The notes: generated by a model not told the origin, from the sequence alone. 54,551 nucleotides of DNA from an uncultured Candidatus Saccharibacteria bacterium (GCA_964536745.1 CAZHYL010000006.1:1-54551), one strand, 5' to 3'; counted from the first letter of the stretch, positions 1 to 9,622 are shown. Numbers and translations are program-made.

Positions 1-55
1 GACTCAAAATCGTGTATCTTCGGGTGTGAGGGTTCAACTCCCTCCTCGGCCACCA
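1..55 (+). tRNA. tRNA-Leu(CAA), 5' part outside window
   Basis: Anticodon loop CT-CAA-AA, long variable arm (TGTATC-TTCG-GGTGTG), T-arm GAGGG-TTCAACT-CCCTC, discriminator A and encoded CCA at 53-55. Confidence 0.9.
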
Positions 56-109
56 GTGTTTGGCAGTCTTCATTTGCGAAGGTTGGCAGTCACAGTAAAT
101 TCGAAAACA

Positions 110-1069
110 ATGGATAGTGTAAATCAAAATCAACCCACAGTTAGTTCTAACCAGACTGAATCTTTTGAAGATGTTATTTCGTCGAACAATACTGAGGTGG
201 TTGACACAGCGGTAGTCACTGAACCGGTAAGCTTGGAGCCTTCAGAAAAAGTTTCTTACGCAGATAGTTCTATTCAAGAAATTCCTGTTTCAGAAATTGT
301 TGCAAATCCATACCAGCCTCGTAAGGTGTTTAAAGAAGAGGCTCTTCGTGAATTGGCTGAGTCTATAAAAGAACATGGAGTGATTCAACCCGTCGTTGTT
401 ACTAGAAGTCCGAATGGCTATGAGCTAGTGGTTGGTGAAAGAAGGTTTAGAGCTTCTCAACTGGCGGGGTTAACTAAAGTACCAGCGATTGTTAAAGATT
501 CTCTTCAGGATCAAACAAAGCTTGAAGTTGCTTTAATAGAAAATATACAGCGTCAAGAGTTAAATGCCATCGAAGAAGCTCAGGCTTACCAGCGGTTAAT
601 GGAGAAGTTTAATTTGAATCAGAGTGAAGTTGCAGTTAAAGTGGGGAAGTCCCGTCCAGCGGTTGCAAATACTTTGCGTCTGTTAAATTTACCCGCTGAA
701 ATTCAGCGAGCAATCATTGAGGGGAAAATTTCTGAAGGTCACGGGCGCGCTATTTTAGGATTATCAGATATCGAAAAACAACTCTTGATGTACAAGATGA
801 TTTTAGATCAAGGCATGAACGTTCGTCAGGTGGAAAATAAAGTTCGTGAATTAACAGCAAGGCCTAAAATGGATGCTGTGATGCCAGATCCAAAGTTAAT
901 GGCTGTGGAGACAACACTCCGAAGCAAGCTGGGAACACAAGTAAAAGTTGCAAGGCAGGGACGTGGTGGTAAAATTACGATTGAATTTTTTAGCGACGAA
1001 GATTTAGAAGATATTTTGCATAAAATTACAGAACAAAAAAATGAGAGCAGTGATTATCTGGTAGTATAA
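110..1069 (+). CDS. parB: ParB/Spo0J chromosome partitioning protein with acidic N-terminal extension
   Basis: NPYQPRKVF, GVIQPVVV, GERRFRA (ParB CTPase box), ALIENIQRQELNAIEEA, HTH. The ORF-track GTG at 26 lies inside the tRNA, so ATG 110 is chosen. Confidence 0.95.
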   Translation: MDSVNQNQPTVSSNQTESFEDVISSNNTEVVDTAVVTEPVSLEPSEKVSYADSSIQEIPVSEIVANPYQPRKVFKEEALRELAESIKEHGVIQPVVVTRSPNGYELVVGERRFRASQLAGLTKVPAIVKDSLQDQTKLEVALIENIQRQELNAIEEAQAYQRLMEKFNLNQSEVAVKVGKSRPAVANTLRLLNLPAEIQRAIIEGKISEGHGRAILGLSDIEKQLLMYKMILDQGMNVRQVENKVRELTARPKMDAVMPDPKLMAVETTLRSKLGTQVKVARQGRGGKITIEFFSDEDLEDILHKITEQKNESSDYLVV

Positions 1070-1074
1070 AGAAC

Positions 1075-1148
1075 CGGGGTATAGTATACCGGTAGTACGC
1101 GCCCATGGGGTGGGTGTAGACTGGGTTCGATTCCCGGTACCCCGACCA
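1075..1148 (+). tRNA. tRNA-Pro(GGG)
   Basis: Acceptor CGGGGTA/TACCCCG + A + CCA, anticodon stem CGCCC/GGGTG with loop AT-GGG-GT, T-arm CTGGG-TTCGATT-CCCGG. Confidence 0.93.
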
Positions 1149-1158
1149 AAATATCTAT

Positions 1159-1180
1159 TAAACCGCCTTCGGGCGGTTTT
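1159..1180 (+). terminator. Intrinsic terminator after tRNA-Pro
   Basis: AAACCGCC-TTCG-GGCGGTTTT. Confidence 0.8.
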
Positions 1181-1184
1181 AAAA

Positions 1185-1193
1185 TGCTATAAT
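1185..1193 (+). promoter_or_regulatory. Extended -10 promoter for the dut operon
   Basis: TGCTATAAT 30 nt upstream of dut ATG. The same TGnTATAAT type occurs at 31717, 34684 and 45932. Confidence 0.6.
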
Positions 1194-1222
1194 AATATAA
1201 AGTCTAGGTGGGTTATTTTTCT

Positions 1223-1654
1223 ATGGACACTCAACAATTACAGTTTAAAAAATTAGATAATCAAGCCATATTACCAACCAGGGGTAGCGAACATGCAGCT
1301 GGCTTGGATTTGTATTCCATCGTTAATGTTTCTATCCCGGCTCGTGGTTATGCCAGTGTTTCGACAGGGTTGTCTGTAAATATTCCGATTGGATTTTACG
1401 GAAGGATTGCACCAAGATCTGGCTTAGCAGCTAAATTTGGAATTGATACTTTAGCTGGGGTAGTGGATAGTGATTACCGTGGAGAGTTAATCGTATTACT
1501 TGCGAATCATTCTGATAAGGATTTCAACATTGCTATGGGGGATAGAGTTGCCCAGTTTGTTATTGAACAAATAATTTTACCAGAGCCAATTTTTGTGGAC
1601 GAGTTGGGCGTGACTCAACGTGGTGAAGGTGGTTTTGGTAGCACAGGTATTTAA
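1223..1654 (+). CDS. dut: dUTP diphosphatase (trimeric)
   Basis: AAGLDL, RIAPRSGLA, GVVDSDYRGE, GDRVAQ, RGEGGFGSTG. Confidence 0.97.
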   Translation: MDTQQLQFKKLDNQAILPTRGSEHAAGLDLYSIVNVSIPARGYASVSTGLSVNIPIGFYGRIAPRSGLAAKFGIDTLAGVVDSDYRGELIVLLANHSDKDFNIAMGDRVAQFVIEQIILPEPIFVDELGVTQRGEGGFGSTGI

Positions 1655-1655
1655 T

Positions 1656-2165
1656 ATGAAGCACACAAAAAAAGATTATAGTATGATTGTGCGGAACTTC
1701 ACTTTTGGAGTGGAGGATAGTTTGGTTTCTACTGTCGGTTTACTTGCAGGGATTGGAGCTGCAGGATTAGGTAAGTCTCAAATAATTGTTACTGGCTTAG
1801 TTTTAATTTTTGTGGAAGCATTTTCAATGGCTGTTGGTAGTTTGCTATCCGAGCAGTCCGTTCAGGAATATGAGGTTCATAGGGAAGTTGGTTTTTCTAA
1901 ATCTATCACAGCTGCGATTGTTATGTTTATGTCATATGTTTTGGCTGGTTTGATTCCATTGTCTCCGTTTTTCTATTCTGCATCTCATGCATCGATCTTA
2001 GTTTCAGTGGCATTAACTTTAGTTTCCCTCTTTTTATTGGGTGTAGTGAACGCAAGGATGTTTAGGGTGAGAGCATGGCGTGATGGTTTGTTCACATTAT
2101 TAATGGGCGGGATCGCGGTTGGTGTTGGAATCGCGGTCGGGCAAATTGCTGGACATATAGGTTAG
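1656..2165 (+). CDS. VIT1/CCC1 family Fe/Mn transporter-like membrane protein
   Basis: FGVEDSLVSTVGLLAG, EAFSMAVGSLLSE, GLIPLSPF, multiple TM segments. Start at ATG 1656, just after the dut stop. Confidence 0.85.
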   Translation: MKHTKKDYSMIVRNFTFGVEDSLVSTVGLLAGIGAAGLGKSQIIVTGLVLIFVEAFSMAVGSLLSEQSVQEYEVHREVGFSKSITAAIVMFMSYVLAGLIPLSPFFYSASHASILVSVALTLVSLFLLGVVNARMFRVRAWRDGLFTLLMGGIAVGVGIAVGQIAGHIG

Positions 2166-2172
2166 GTCGGTT

Positions 2173-2637
2173 ATGAAGATTCTTACTCTTGTAGTTATAT
2201 ACGATAAAGATAAAATTTTATTAGGAATGAAGAAGAGGGGCTTTGGAGCAGGGCGTTGGAATGGGTTTGGTGGTAAAGTCCATGAGGGTGAAAGTTTGCA
2301 TGATTCTGCTCAAAGAGAACTACAAGAAGAGGCGGGAATAATAGCACACGATTTGCAAAACAGGGGAAAACTGTTATTTACTTTCGAAAATGAGGAAGAT
2401 GATTTAGAGGTAAACTTATTTAGTGCAAACACTTTTTCTGGGGAGCTTGTGGAAACTGACGAAATGAAGCCTAAGTGGTTTAAAATTAATGAGATTCCCT
2501 ACGCAGAGATGTGGGCAGATGATCCTTTTTGGATGCCATTATTGTTAAGTGGTAAAAATATTACAGGCAGTATGCACTTCGATAACCCAAATAATCAAAC
2601 GATACTAAATAATTCAATTCAAGAAGATGCTAGATAA
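2173..2637 (+). CDS. Nudix hydrolase, 8-oxo-dGTP diphosphatase (MTH1/NUDT1-like)
   Basis: LLGMKKRGFGAGRWNGFGGKV, Nudix box RELQEEAG, EMKPKWF, IPYAEMWADD. Confidence 0.9.
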   Translation: MKILTLVVIYDKDKILLGMKKRGFGAGRWNGFGGKVHEGESLHDSAQRELQEEAGIIAHDLQNRGKLLFTFENEEDDLEVNLFSANTFSGELVETDEMKPKWFKINEIPYAEMWADDPFWMPLLLSGKNITGSMHFDNPNNQTILNNSIQEDAR

Positions 2638-4339
2638 AATTGTCAAAACTTTTTTTGCTTCAGCTATAGTTTTTGCTTTAGTCTTCAATGTATCTGCTGT
2701 TCAGGCAGAGCAAATCGATGATTATAAAGTTCACTCTAAGATTAATATAGATAGCTCGGTAGAAATTACTGAAGTTATTACATATAATTTTGGCGACCTT
2801 CAAAAACATGGAATTTTTCGCAATATTCCTTACGAGTACGAAACTGATGAAGGCACGTTTAAATTACGTCTAAGTGATTTCGAAGTTTGGGATGGTTCTG
2901 GCAATCCGTTATCTTTTGATAAATCGAAGTCTGGTGGGTATGTAGAGCTTAAAATTGGTGATCCAGATAAATATGTAACAGGAGTACAAGTTTACCAAAT
3001 TAAGTATAAGGTAAAGAGGGCTGTAGAATTTTTTGAGTCACATGATGAATTTTATTGGGATGCGATTGGTGACGAATGGACAATTCCAATTCAAAAAAGT
3101 TATGTAGCGATTGAATCACCTGGATCGATTACACAAGCAGTTTGCTACACCGGAGTTTATGAATCGACCGAGCAGGGCTGCCAAGTTTCGGGGGTTGGAA
3201 GTTCGAAGGTCGCAATGAGTCGGGGGGAAGTTTTAAATCCTGGGGAGGGTTTTACGATAGTTATAGGCGTCAATAAAGGTGTTTTAGTGCAACCAACCTG
3301 GAAAGATCGGTTGCTAGATACGATCATTGATAATTATATTTTAGTATGGCCACTGATAGTATTTGTAATTCTTTTCTATTTCTGGAATAAGTACGGAAGA
3401 GATGCTAAGAGAAAAAATTCAGTTGTGGCGCAGTACGATGCCCCGGATAATTTATCACCACTCTATGTTGGTTCTTTACTCAAAGGTAAGGTTGATAACT
3501 CTGCGATAACAGCAGAAGTTGTATTTTTAGCAGAGCAAGGTTATCTAACAATCAAAAGATTAGAGTATAAAAAATTAGTATTATTTACTGGCGTAGATTA
3601 CGAGTTTACAAAAGTTGAAAAACCTACAGATAAACTAGCTCCGCAAACCAAAGCTTTGTACGATAAAATATTTAATTTTAACCGGTCCACGGTAAAACTT
3701 TCCGATTTAAAGTCCGAAGTTACCTTTGGCCAAGAATTAAGGGATATCAAAAGCAAAACTACCGGCGAGTTAACTAAAAGTGGTTATTTCGTGACTAATC
3801 CTGTGAACGTAAAGGCTGTGATGTTCTTAATTATGATGCTTGCAGGTTTTGGTGGAACTTTTCTGTTTGTTAATTTTTTTGGTTTAATCGGAGGTTTAGC
3901 TTCGGTGCTTGGAGCGGTTGTGATATTTGTCTTTATGTTTTTAATGCCAGCTAGAACCAGTAAAGGTGTAGAGGCCGTAGGGCATATAATGGGACTCGAA
4001 AACTATATGACTGTTGCCGAAAAAGATCGTATGGCTTTTCATAATGCTCCTAAAAAAAGTCCTCAGATTTTTGAACAGCTTCTACCATTCGCTATTGCTT
4101 TGGGTGTAGATAAAGCTTGGTCGGAACAGTTCAAAGATTTAACCAAGGCACCAAGTTGGTATACGGATGCTTCCAATGCTAGTTTTAATTCCGCGATTTT
4201 CACCAGTTCTATGAGAGATTTTTCCAGTTCCATGTCTTCTGCAGTCAGTTCTATGACAACTTCATCCAGTGGTGGGAGTGGTTTTTCTGGCGGCGGCGGA
4301 GGAGGAGGCGGTGGAGGAGGAGGCGGCGGAAGTTGGTAA
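2627..4339 (+). CDS. DUF2207 family membrane protein
   Basis: Signal peptide, HGIFRNIP, DEFYWDAIG, FEQLLPFAIALGV, Ser/Gly-rich C-terminus ending GGGGGGSW. Confidence 0.88.
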   Translation: MLDKIVKTFFASAIVFALVFNVSAVQAEQIDDYKVHSKINIDSSVEITEVITYNFGDLQKHGIFRNIPYEYETDEGTFKLRLSDFEVWDGSGNPLSFDKSKSGGYVELKIGDPDKYVTGVQVYQIKYKVKRAVEFFESHDEFYWDAIGDEWTIPIQKSYVAIESPGSITQAVCYTGVYESTEQGCQVSGVGSSKVAMSRGEVLNPGEGFTIVIGVNKGVLVQPTWKDRLLDTIIDNYILVWPLIVFVILFYFWNKYGRDAKRKNSVVAQYDAPDNLSPLYVGSLLKGKVDNSAITAEVVFLAEQGYLTIKRLEYKKLVLFTGVDYEFTKVEKPTDKLAPQTKALYDKIFNFNRSTVKLSDLKSEVTFGQELRDIKSKTTGELTKSGYFVTNPVNVKAVMFLIMMLAGFGGTFLFVNFFGLIGGLASVLGAVVIFVFMFLMPARTSKGVEAVGHIMGLENYMTVAEKDRMAFHNAPKKSPQIFEQLLPFAIALGVDKAWSEQFKDLTKAPSWYTDASNASFNSAIFTSSMRDFSSSMSSAVSSMTTSSSGGSGFSGGGGGGGGGGGGGGSW

Positions 4340-4359
4340 AATAGAATTAAATAAAATAT

Positions 4360-4827
4360 ATGAAGTTTAATTTTTTTGTAGTGCCGGCAGTAATCATTCT
4401 TACTGCTTATATAGGAGGAAGATTTACTAGAAAAGGAATACGCGATTGGTATTCTCATCTTAAAAAACCATCTTGGACCCCGAGCGGTAAAACTATTGGT
4501 CAAATTTGGACTTTGCTTTACCTGCTCACAGGTTTTGGGATTTTATGGTTTTGGAATGTTCCAGTTTACGGGATTACTCATTACGTGATTGGAATTATTT
4601 TAATTGTAAATGCGTATTTAAATGCATTTTGGAATAAGGTTTTTTTCGTTGAACATAATTTTGCGAAAGCATATAAATGGATGATTTTCCTTAATGCAAC
4701 TACAATTTTGGTAATTCTCTTAATGCTTCCGAAATCTTTCATTGCTCCGGTACTATTAATTCCTTATGTAGTCTGGGTTGGAATCGCTACTAAATTAACT
4801 AAGCAAATATGGCATTTAAACAAATAG
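4360..4827 (+). CDS. tspO: TspO/MBR family tryptophan-rich sensory protein
   Basis: WYSHLKKPSWTP, IWTLLY, LNAFWNKVFF, LLIPYVVWVGIAT. Confidence 0.88.
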   Translation: MKFNFFVVPAVIILTAYIGGRFTRKGIRDWYSHLKKPSWTPSGKTIGQIWTLLYLLTGFGILWFWNVPVYGITHYVIGIILIVNAYLNAFWNKVFFVEHNFAKAYKWMIFLNATTILVILLMLPKSFIAPVLLIPYVVWVGIATKLTKQIWHLNK

Positions 4828-5900
4828 TATTGTTAACAAGCGTTTTATTTTTTGGATTCTCACCATCAGTAGTAGGCGCGCATCAACCAGTCATTGAACC
4901 TTCTGTCGAAAGTTCTTATTCAGAATCCGGATTGTTTTTTAAGGCGATTAGGTTGGGGGATCCAACCAAGCAATCATTGGCAAATTATGGCAATATTTCA
5001 AAACCTGGCGAAGTAGATGCGTATGTTTTTAGTCCAGAGCAGTCCGCAGAAATACCAGTAGAGCTTTTGGTTACAATTAGACCCGCCAATTCAAAGTTTA
5101 AACCAGATTTGTATGTAGTAGCTAAGTCATTGCCAGATGCTGGGTTAGTATCCGAAGGTTTACCATTCGAAATTCCAGAAGGATATAAAGCAATAAAAAT
5201 TTCTAATCAACATGATGACGGTATTTTTTATGAGCCATTTAGTTTTGAACGGTACTGGAGAGGTGAGGAAATAAAGTTATCGGTCGAGCCGAAGCAAAAT
5301 TATTTTTTGGTTATTGCCGAGCCAAATAAACAAACTGGTGACTATTCTCTTGGCGTCGGAACTGTAGAAAATTTTTCTGACGCAAGCTTCTTCGAAGTAT
5401 TACAAAATGTCTTTTTAATTAAGATGGGCGCGGTAGGTAATGTTGTCTTGCCGGCTTTAGATTTTATTGGGTTGTTTATTTTCATCGCTGGGTTTGTGGT
5501 GGGACTTGGAGCAGTAACTGTAATTGATGTAATGGGGTTCTTGGGAAGAACATCTAAGTATTGGACCGAATCTACAATCAGAGCACATAAAGTAACCAAG
5601 CCATTAATTTGGGCTGGGTTATTCTTACTTATTGTTGGTGCGGTGATAACTTATCGGGATAGTTGGTTAACTGGTGTTGCACTGTTCCAATTAATTTGTA
5701 TTCTAATATTAATTCTAAATGGATTATTTTTAACTTTCTACGTGAGTCCTAAGTTGTTAAGGCGAGAAAAGGATGGAGAAATTGCAGAAATTTTACCGAT
5801 CGCATTACGCAATAAAATTACTGTAAGTTTCGCAATCTCATTTATTGGGTGGTGGACTACGTTATTCTTATTTGTCTGGTACATTGTAGTGATGCGTTAA
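4809..5900 (+). CDS. Hypothetical protein: signal peptide, extracellular beta-rich domain, C-terminal multi-TM domain
   Basis: Long ORF overlapping the tspO stop. AHQP cleavage-like site, VDAYVF/GDYSLGVG segments, four hydrophobic helices at the C-terminus. Confidence 0.75.
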   Translation: MAFKQIVLLTSVLFFGFSPSVVGAHQPVIEPSVESSYSESGLFFKAIRLGDPTKQSLANYGNISKPGEVDAYVFSPEQSAEIPVELLVTIRPANSKFKPDLYVVAKSLPDAGLVSEGLPFEIPEGYKAIKISNQHDDGIFYEPFSFERYWRGEEIKLSVEPKQNYFLVIAEPNKQTGDYSLGVGTVENFSDASFFEVLQNVFLIKMGAVGNVVLPALDFIGLFIFIAGFVVGLGAVTVIDVMGFLGRTSKYWTESTIRAHKVTKPLIWAGLFLLIVGAVITYRDSWLTGVALFQLICILILILNGLFLTFYVSPKLLRREKDGEIAEILPIALRNKITVSFAISFIGWWTTLFLFVWYIVVMR

Positions 5901-5912
5901 AAGATTTTTTGA

Positions 5913-8561
5913 ATGAAACAAAATTGGTATCAAAAAACAATTGAACAAACCTTAGAAGAGCTAAAAAGTTCTTCAGAAGGGATTACTCAGATTGAAGCTT
6001 CTCGGAGGTTGGTTGAGTATGGTCAGAATGTGTTGCCAGAAGTAAAACCACCTTCATTATGGTGGATTTTTGCTAAACAATTTACTAGTCCACTAGTGTA
6101 TATCTTGTTGGCCGTGTGCGTGCTGGTGTTGATTATGGGTGAGTATACTGATGCGGTAGTTATTGGTTTTATTCTTGTTTTTAACGCAGTAATTGGAACT
6201 GTTCAAGAAGGGCGGGCCAATGATACGCTTCAAGCTTTAAAGAAATTTGTTCAAACAAAAGCGCTAGTTATCCGGGACGGAAAGGAAGAGTTGGTTTTTG
6301 ATTACGAGTTGGTTCCAGGTGATGTGGTGATTTTAAGAGAGGGCGATAAAATTCCTGCTGATGGAAGACTCTTTGAGGTAGTTGGTGCAACAGTAGACGA
6401 GTCTTCATTAACCGGTGAGTCGAATCCAATCGCAAAAATTATTGAGCCGATTCCAGGGGTTGAAGGATTACCTTTACTCAACCCTGCTGATCAAAAGAAT
6501 ATGCTTTTCAAAGGAACTCATCTAGTTGCTGGATCGTGCATGATGGTTGTTGTGGGCACCGGAGTACAAACAGAAATTGGTAAGCTCTCGGAAACTATTA
6601 GCAAAGTAGATACGGAGATTCCCTTACAAAAAAATATTCGGTATCTATCTAGATTAATCGTTATCACGGTTTTTTCAGTAAGTTTTATTCTGTTTTTAAT
6701 AGGGGTACAGTCTGGTATCAATAAATATGAGATGGTTAAAACGGTGGTTTCTTTAGCTGTATCTTTGATTCCCGAAGGGCTTCCTGTGGTGATGACTTTG
6801 ATTTTGGCTAATGGAGTTTGGAGAATGAGTCAGCGGAAGGCTTTGGTGAAAAAACTGGCTGCGGTAGAAGCTCTTGGTCAAACAGATGTAATAGCAGTGG
6901 ATAAAACTGGCACCATTACAAAAAATGAATTGGTTGTGAAGAAAATTTGGGTTAACGGTAAGACATTCGAGGTTACGGGCAGTGGTTATGAACCAAAAGG
7001 TGAAGTTTTGTACCACAAGCAAACTGTCTCACCAATGGATGTCCCAGAATTAATAATGGTCGGAAAATATTGTTCGTTCGCGGACGCTGAATTAATTTTT
7101 GAGCCGCAGGCTAATTCTTGGTTAATTAGTGGTGATCCAACAGAGGCTGCTTTAGTGGTCCTAGCAGAAAAACTGGGTTATAAACAGGATGATATGAAGC
7201 AACGTCACAAAGTTATTCAAGAAACTACTTTTGACTATCACAAGAAATATCGGAGTATAGTTATAGACGACGCGGAAAATAAAACTTTAGTTGTTACAGG
7301 GGCGCCCGAAGCCATTGCAAAGTTATCTGGGTTGGAACAGTCTAGTTTACATAAAGATTTAATTGAAATGGCTAGCCAAGGATTAAGGGTGATTGCCTTT
7401 GGGTTTGCAAAAGTTTCTGGGCCAATAGATTTGGATAAAGTTCCAAAAGTTTCATTTGGTGGTTTGATAGGACTGGAAGATACTTTGCACGATGAAGTGC
7501 CGCAAGCAGTTGCTGATGTCCGCAGGGCAGGTATGCGAGTAGTGATGATTACTGGTGACTGGCCAGACACTGCCAAAGCCATAGCGAAACTTGCGGGCAT
7601 ATACCGCGACGGGGATCATGTTTTGTCTGGTCAACAGCTTACAGAATTATCAGAGGATGAGTTGTTGTTAAAACTTCCTCAGACTTCTGTGTTTGCGCGA
7701 ATTAGTCCTGATAATAAATTAAAAATTGTCCAAGGTTTTCAAAAGCTTGGTTTAGTGATTGCAATGACAGGGGATGGAGTTAATGATGTCCCTCCGTTGG
7801 TGGCAGCGAACTTGGGTGTGGCAATGGGAAAAACTGGTACAGAAGTCACAAAAGAATCTGCAGATATTGTTTTGCTGGACGATAATTTTACCACTATTGC
7901 AGCGGCAGTGGAGGAGGGGCGTAATATTTATAAAACGATCAAGCGAGCGTTACTGTATTTGTTTTCAACTAGTATCGGTGAATTATTTGCGATTGCTGGG
8001 GCGTTATTTTTAGGATGGCCATTGCCTGTGACTGCGGTGCAAATTTTATGGCTGAATTTCGTTACGGATGGTTTTTTGACAGTAAGTTTTGCAATGGAAC
8101 CCAAAGAAGGCAACTTGTTGCGATTACCGTATAAAAAACCGAGTAATTTTATTATCGATAGATTGGTTATCTTTAGAATGATTCCTATGGGTTTAATTAT
8201 GGCCGGTGGAACTTTGTGGTTGTTTGGATTGTATAAAGACCTAAACATGATTCACGCTCAGACGCTTGCCTTAACATTATTGGCTGTGTACCAGTGGTTT
8301 AACGCTTGGAATAGTAGAAGCGATACAACTTCGGCTTTCAAAAACTTGTTTACTAATCGATGGTTGTTGGCGGCAATGGCTATAGTCATCACTGCTCAGA
8401 TTGCTGTAGTGCATTGGTCTCCACTGCAAAAGTTATTGGGTACTGTACCATTAACTTTGAGTGAATGGTTAATGATTGTTGGAATCGCCACTTCAATTTT
8501 CTTGTTTGAAGAGGTTGCAAAACTTGTCAGAAGAGTGCTACAAAGAAGGAAAGGAGAATAA
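5913..8561 (+). CDS. Cation-transporting P-type ATPase (type II, Ca2+-like)
   Basis: SLTGES, PEGL, DKTGT phosphorylation site, MITGD, TGDGVND, about 10 TM helices. Confidence 0.95.
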   Translation: MKQNWYQKTIEQTLEELKSSSEGITQIEASRRLVEYGQNVLPEVKPPSLWWIFAKQFTSPLVYILLAVCVLVLIMGEYTDAVVIGFILVFNAVIGTVQEGRANDTLQALKKFVQTKALVIRDGKEELVFDYELVPGDVVILREGDKIPADGRLFEVVGATVDESSLTGESNPIAKIIEPIPGVEGLPLLNPADQKNMLFKGTHLVAGSCMMVVVGTGVQTEIGKLSETISKVDTEIPLQKNIRYLSRLIVITVFSVSFILFLIGVQSGINKYEMVKTVVSLAVSLIPEGLPVVMTLILANGVWRMSQRKALVKKLAAVEALGQTDVIAVDKTGTITKNELVVKKIWVNGKTFEVTGSGYEPKGEVLYHKQTVSPMDVPELIMVGKYCSFADAELIFEPQANSWLISGDPTEAALVVLAEKLGYKQDDMKQRHKVIQETTFDYHKKYRSIVIDDAENKTLVVTGAPEAIAKLSGLEQSSLHKDLIEMASQGLRVIAFGFAKVSGPIDLDKVPKVSFGGLIGLEDTLHDEVPQAVADVRRAGMRVVMITGDWPDTAKAIAKLAGIYRDGDHVLSGQQLTELSEDELLLKLPQTSVFARISPDNKLKIVQGFQKLGLVIAMTGDGVNDVPPLVAANLGVAMGKTGTEVTKESADIVLLDDNFTTIAAAVEEGRNIYKTIKRALLYLFSTSIGELFAIAGALFLGWPLPVTAVQILWLNFVTDGFLTVSFAMEPKEGNLLRLPYKKPSNFIIDRLVIFRMIPMGLIMAGGTLWLFGLYKDLNMIHAQTLALTLLAVYQWFNAWNSRSDTTSAFKNLFTNRWLLAAMAIVITAQIAVVHWSPLQKLLGTVPLTLSEWLMIVGIATSIFLFEEVAKLVRRVLQRRKGE

Positions 8562-8564
8562 TTT

Positions 8565-8930
8565 ATGGTTATAAAAAATTTATTAGATCAAGCTAATACG
8601 AATGAGTATTTTCGCGTAGTATTGGCAACAAACAAAAGTTCACAGTTGGTTTTGATGAGCCTTTTACCAAATGAAGAAATTGGTGAAGAGGTGCACGATT
8701 TAGACCAAATTTTGTATATCACAAAAGGTACGGGTCAAGCTTTCTTGGATGGGCAAGCTACAGACATTTCTGCTGGTGACGTAATTAACGTCCCAGAGGG
8801 AGTAAAACATAATATTGTTAATACAGGCCAAGAGAGCTTAAAACTTGCAACTATATATTCACCACCAGAGCATCCAGATGGAACGGTACACAAAACAAAG
8901 GCAGAGGCTGAAGCAGCAGAACATCACTAA
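8565..8930 (+). CDS. Cupin domain protein
   Basis: EEIGEEVH-DQILY and PEGVKHNIVN cupin metal motifs, YSPPEH. Confidence 0.88.
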   Translation: MVIKNLLDQANTNEYFRVVLATNKSSQLVLMSLLPNEEIGEEVHDLDQILYITKGTGQAFLDGQATDISAGDVINVPEGVKHNIVNTGQESLKLATIYSPPEHPDGTVHKTKAEAEAAEHH

Positions 8931-8955
8931 AAAAAGACCCATCAGGGTCTTTTTT
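8931..8955. terminator. Bidirectional terminator between cupin and rpmB
   Basis: AAAAAGACCC-ATCA-GGGTCTTTTTT between convergent genes. Confidence 0.8.
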
Positions 8956-9145
8956 ATGCTGCAACTTTAGTAAGCTTTTTAGTTTTAGCTTTAATGCAGC
9001 GGGTGCAAGCTTTTACTCTGTTACCAGATTCACTGCGAGTCCATTGGAGATTAGGCTGCAGTCTTCGGGTAGAAGCTCGCATACTATGCGAACGTTTAAT
9101 GGTTTTAGAGTAAGTTTTGCCACAGACAGTACACATTCTTGGCAT
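8954..9145 (-). CDS. rpmB: 50S ribosomal protein L28
   Basis: CTVCGK...RSHSMRASTRRLQPNLQ...CTRC. Confidence 0.93.
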   Translation of the reverse strand: MPRMCTVCGKTYSKTIKRSHSMRASTRRLQPNLQWTRSESGNRVKACTRCIKAKTKKLTKVAA

Positions 9146-9209
9146 AAAAATCCTTATTATAGAATTCGATCACCCGTGGGCGAGGGAATATTTAATCAAA
9201 ATTAGTAAC

Positions 9210-9238
9210 TTGATAACTATACACTATTTGGATATAAT
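9210..9238 (+). promoter_or_regulatory. sigma70-type promoter
   Basis: TTGATA-17nt-TATAAT upstream of the 9277 ORF. Confidence 0.65.
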
Positions 9239-9276
9239 TGGCAAGTCTATATTAAAACTGAAGGGGGAGAGTGTGA

Positions 9277-9567
9277 ATGTTGGCAGAATTTTTACCCCGT
9301 GTGGTAGTGATGGGGATGGTGAATTGCATTATATTTTTGGTTTGTAATACTTTCTTTTCTTGGGTATTTCACCGCCGGTGCCAATCGTATACAAAGGAGC
9401 TTAAAATTGCATTACTCCACTTTTGTGCACTATCGATTTTTATCGTGGCAATGATATACTTTGCTGTACGGTTTAAGTTTGAAGTTGAAGAGATATTACA
9501 ACCTCTTGCTACAGTTTTTTTCTTGTCTCCAGTAGTTGCTTCGATTATAAATTCTTACTCAGATTAA
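9277..9567 (+). CDS. Small hypothetical membrane protein (about 3 TM)
   Basis: Own promoter, GGGGAG SD-like site, hydrophobic segments. Confidence 0.55.
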   Translation: MLAEFLPRVVVMGMVNCIIFLVCNTFFSWVFHRRCQSYTKELKIALLHFCALSIFIVAMIYFAVRFKFEVEEILQPLATVFFLSPVVASIINSYSD

Positions 9568-9622
9568 TTTTTAGAAAAGGTGCCGGTTCTGGTAACCTTT
9601 TTATTTATGCTAAAATATTGAT

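Noticed and set aside
1075-1148. tRNA-Pro or tRNA-Leu as an island integration site
   Set aside because: I saw no duplicated tRNA 3' end downstream and no adjacent integrase.
4063-4503. Antisense poly-proline ORF
   Set aside because: Mirror of the poly-Gly tail that is normal for DUF2207 proteins.
9117-9347. 76-aa ORF overlapping the rpmB start
   Set aside because: It overlaps rpmB antisense and spans the promoter of the better supported 9277 ORF.
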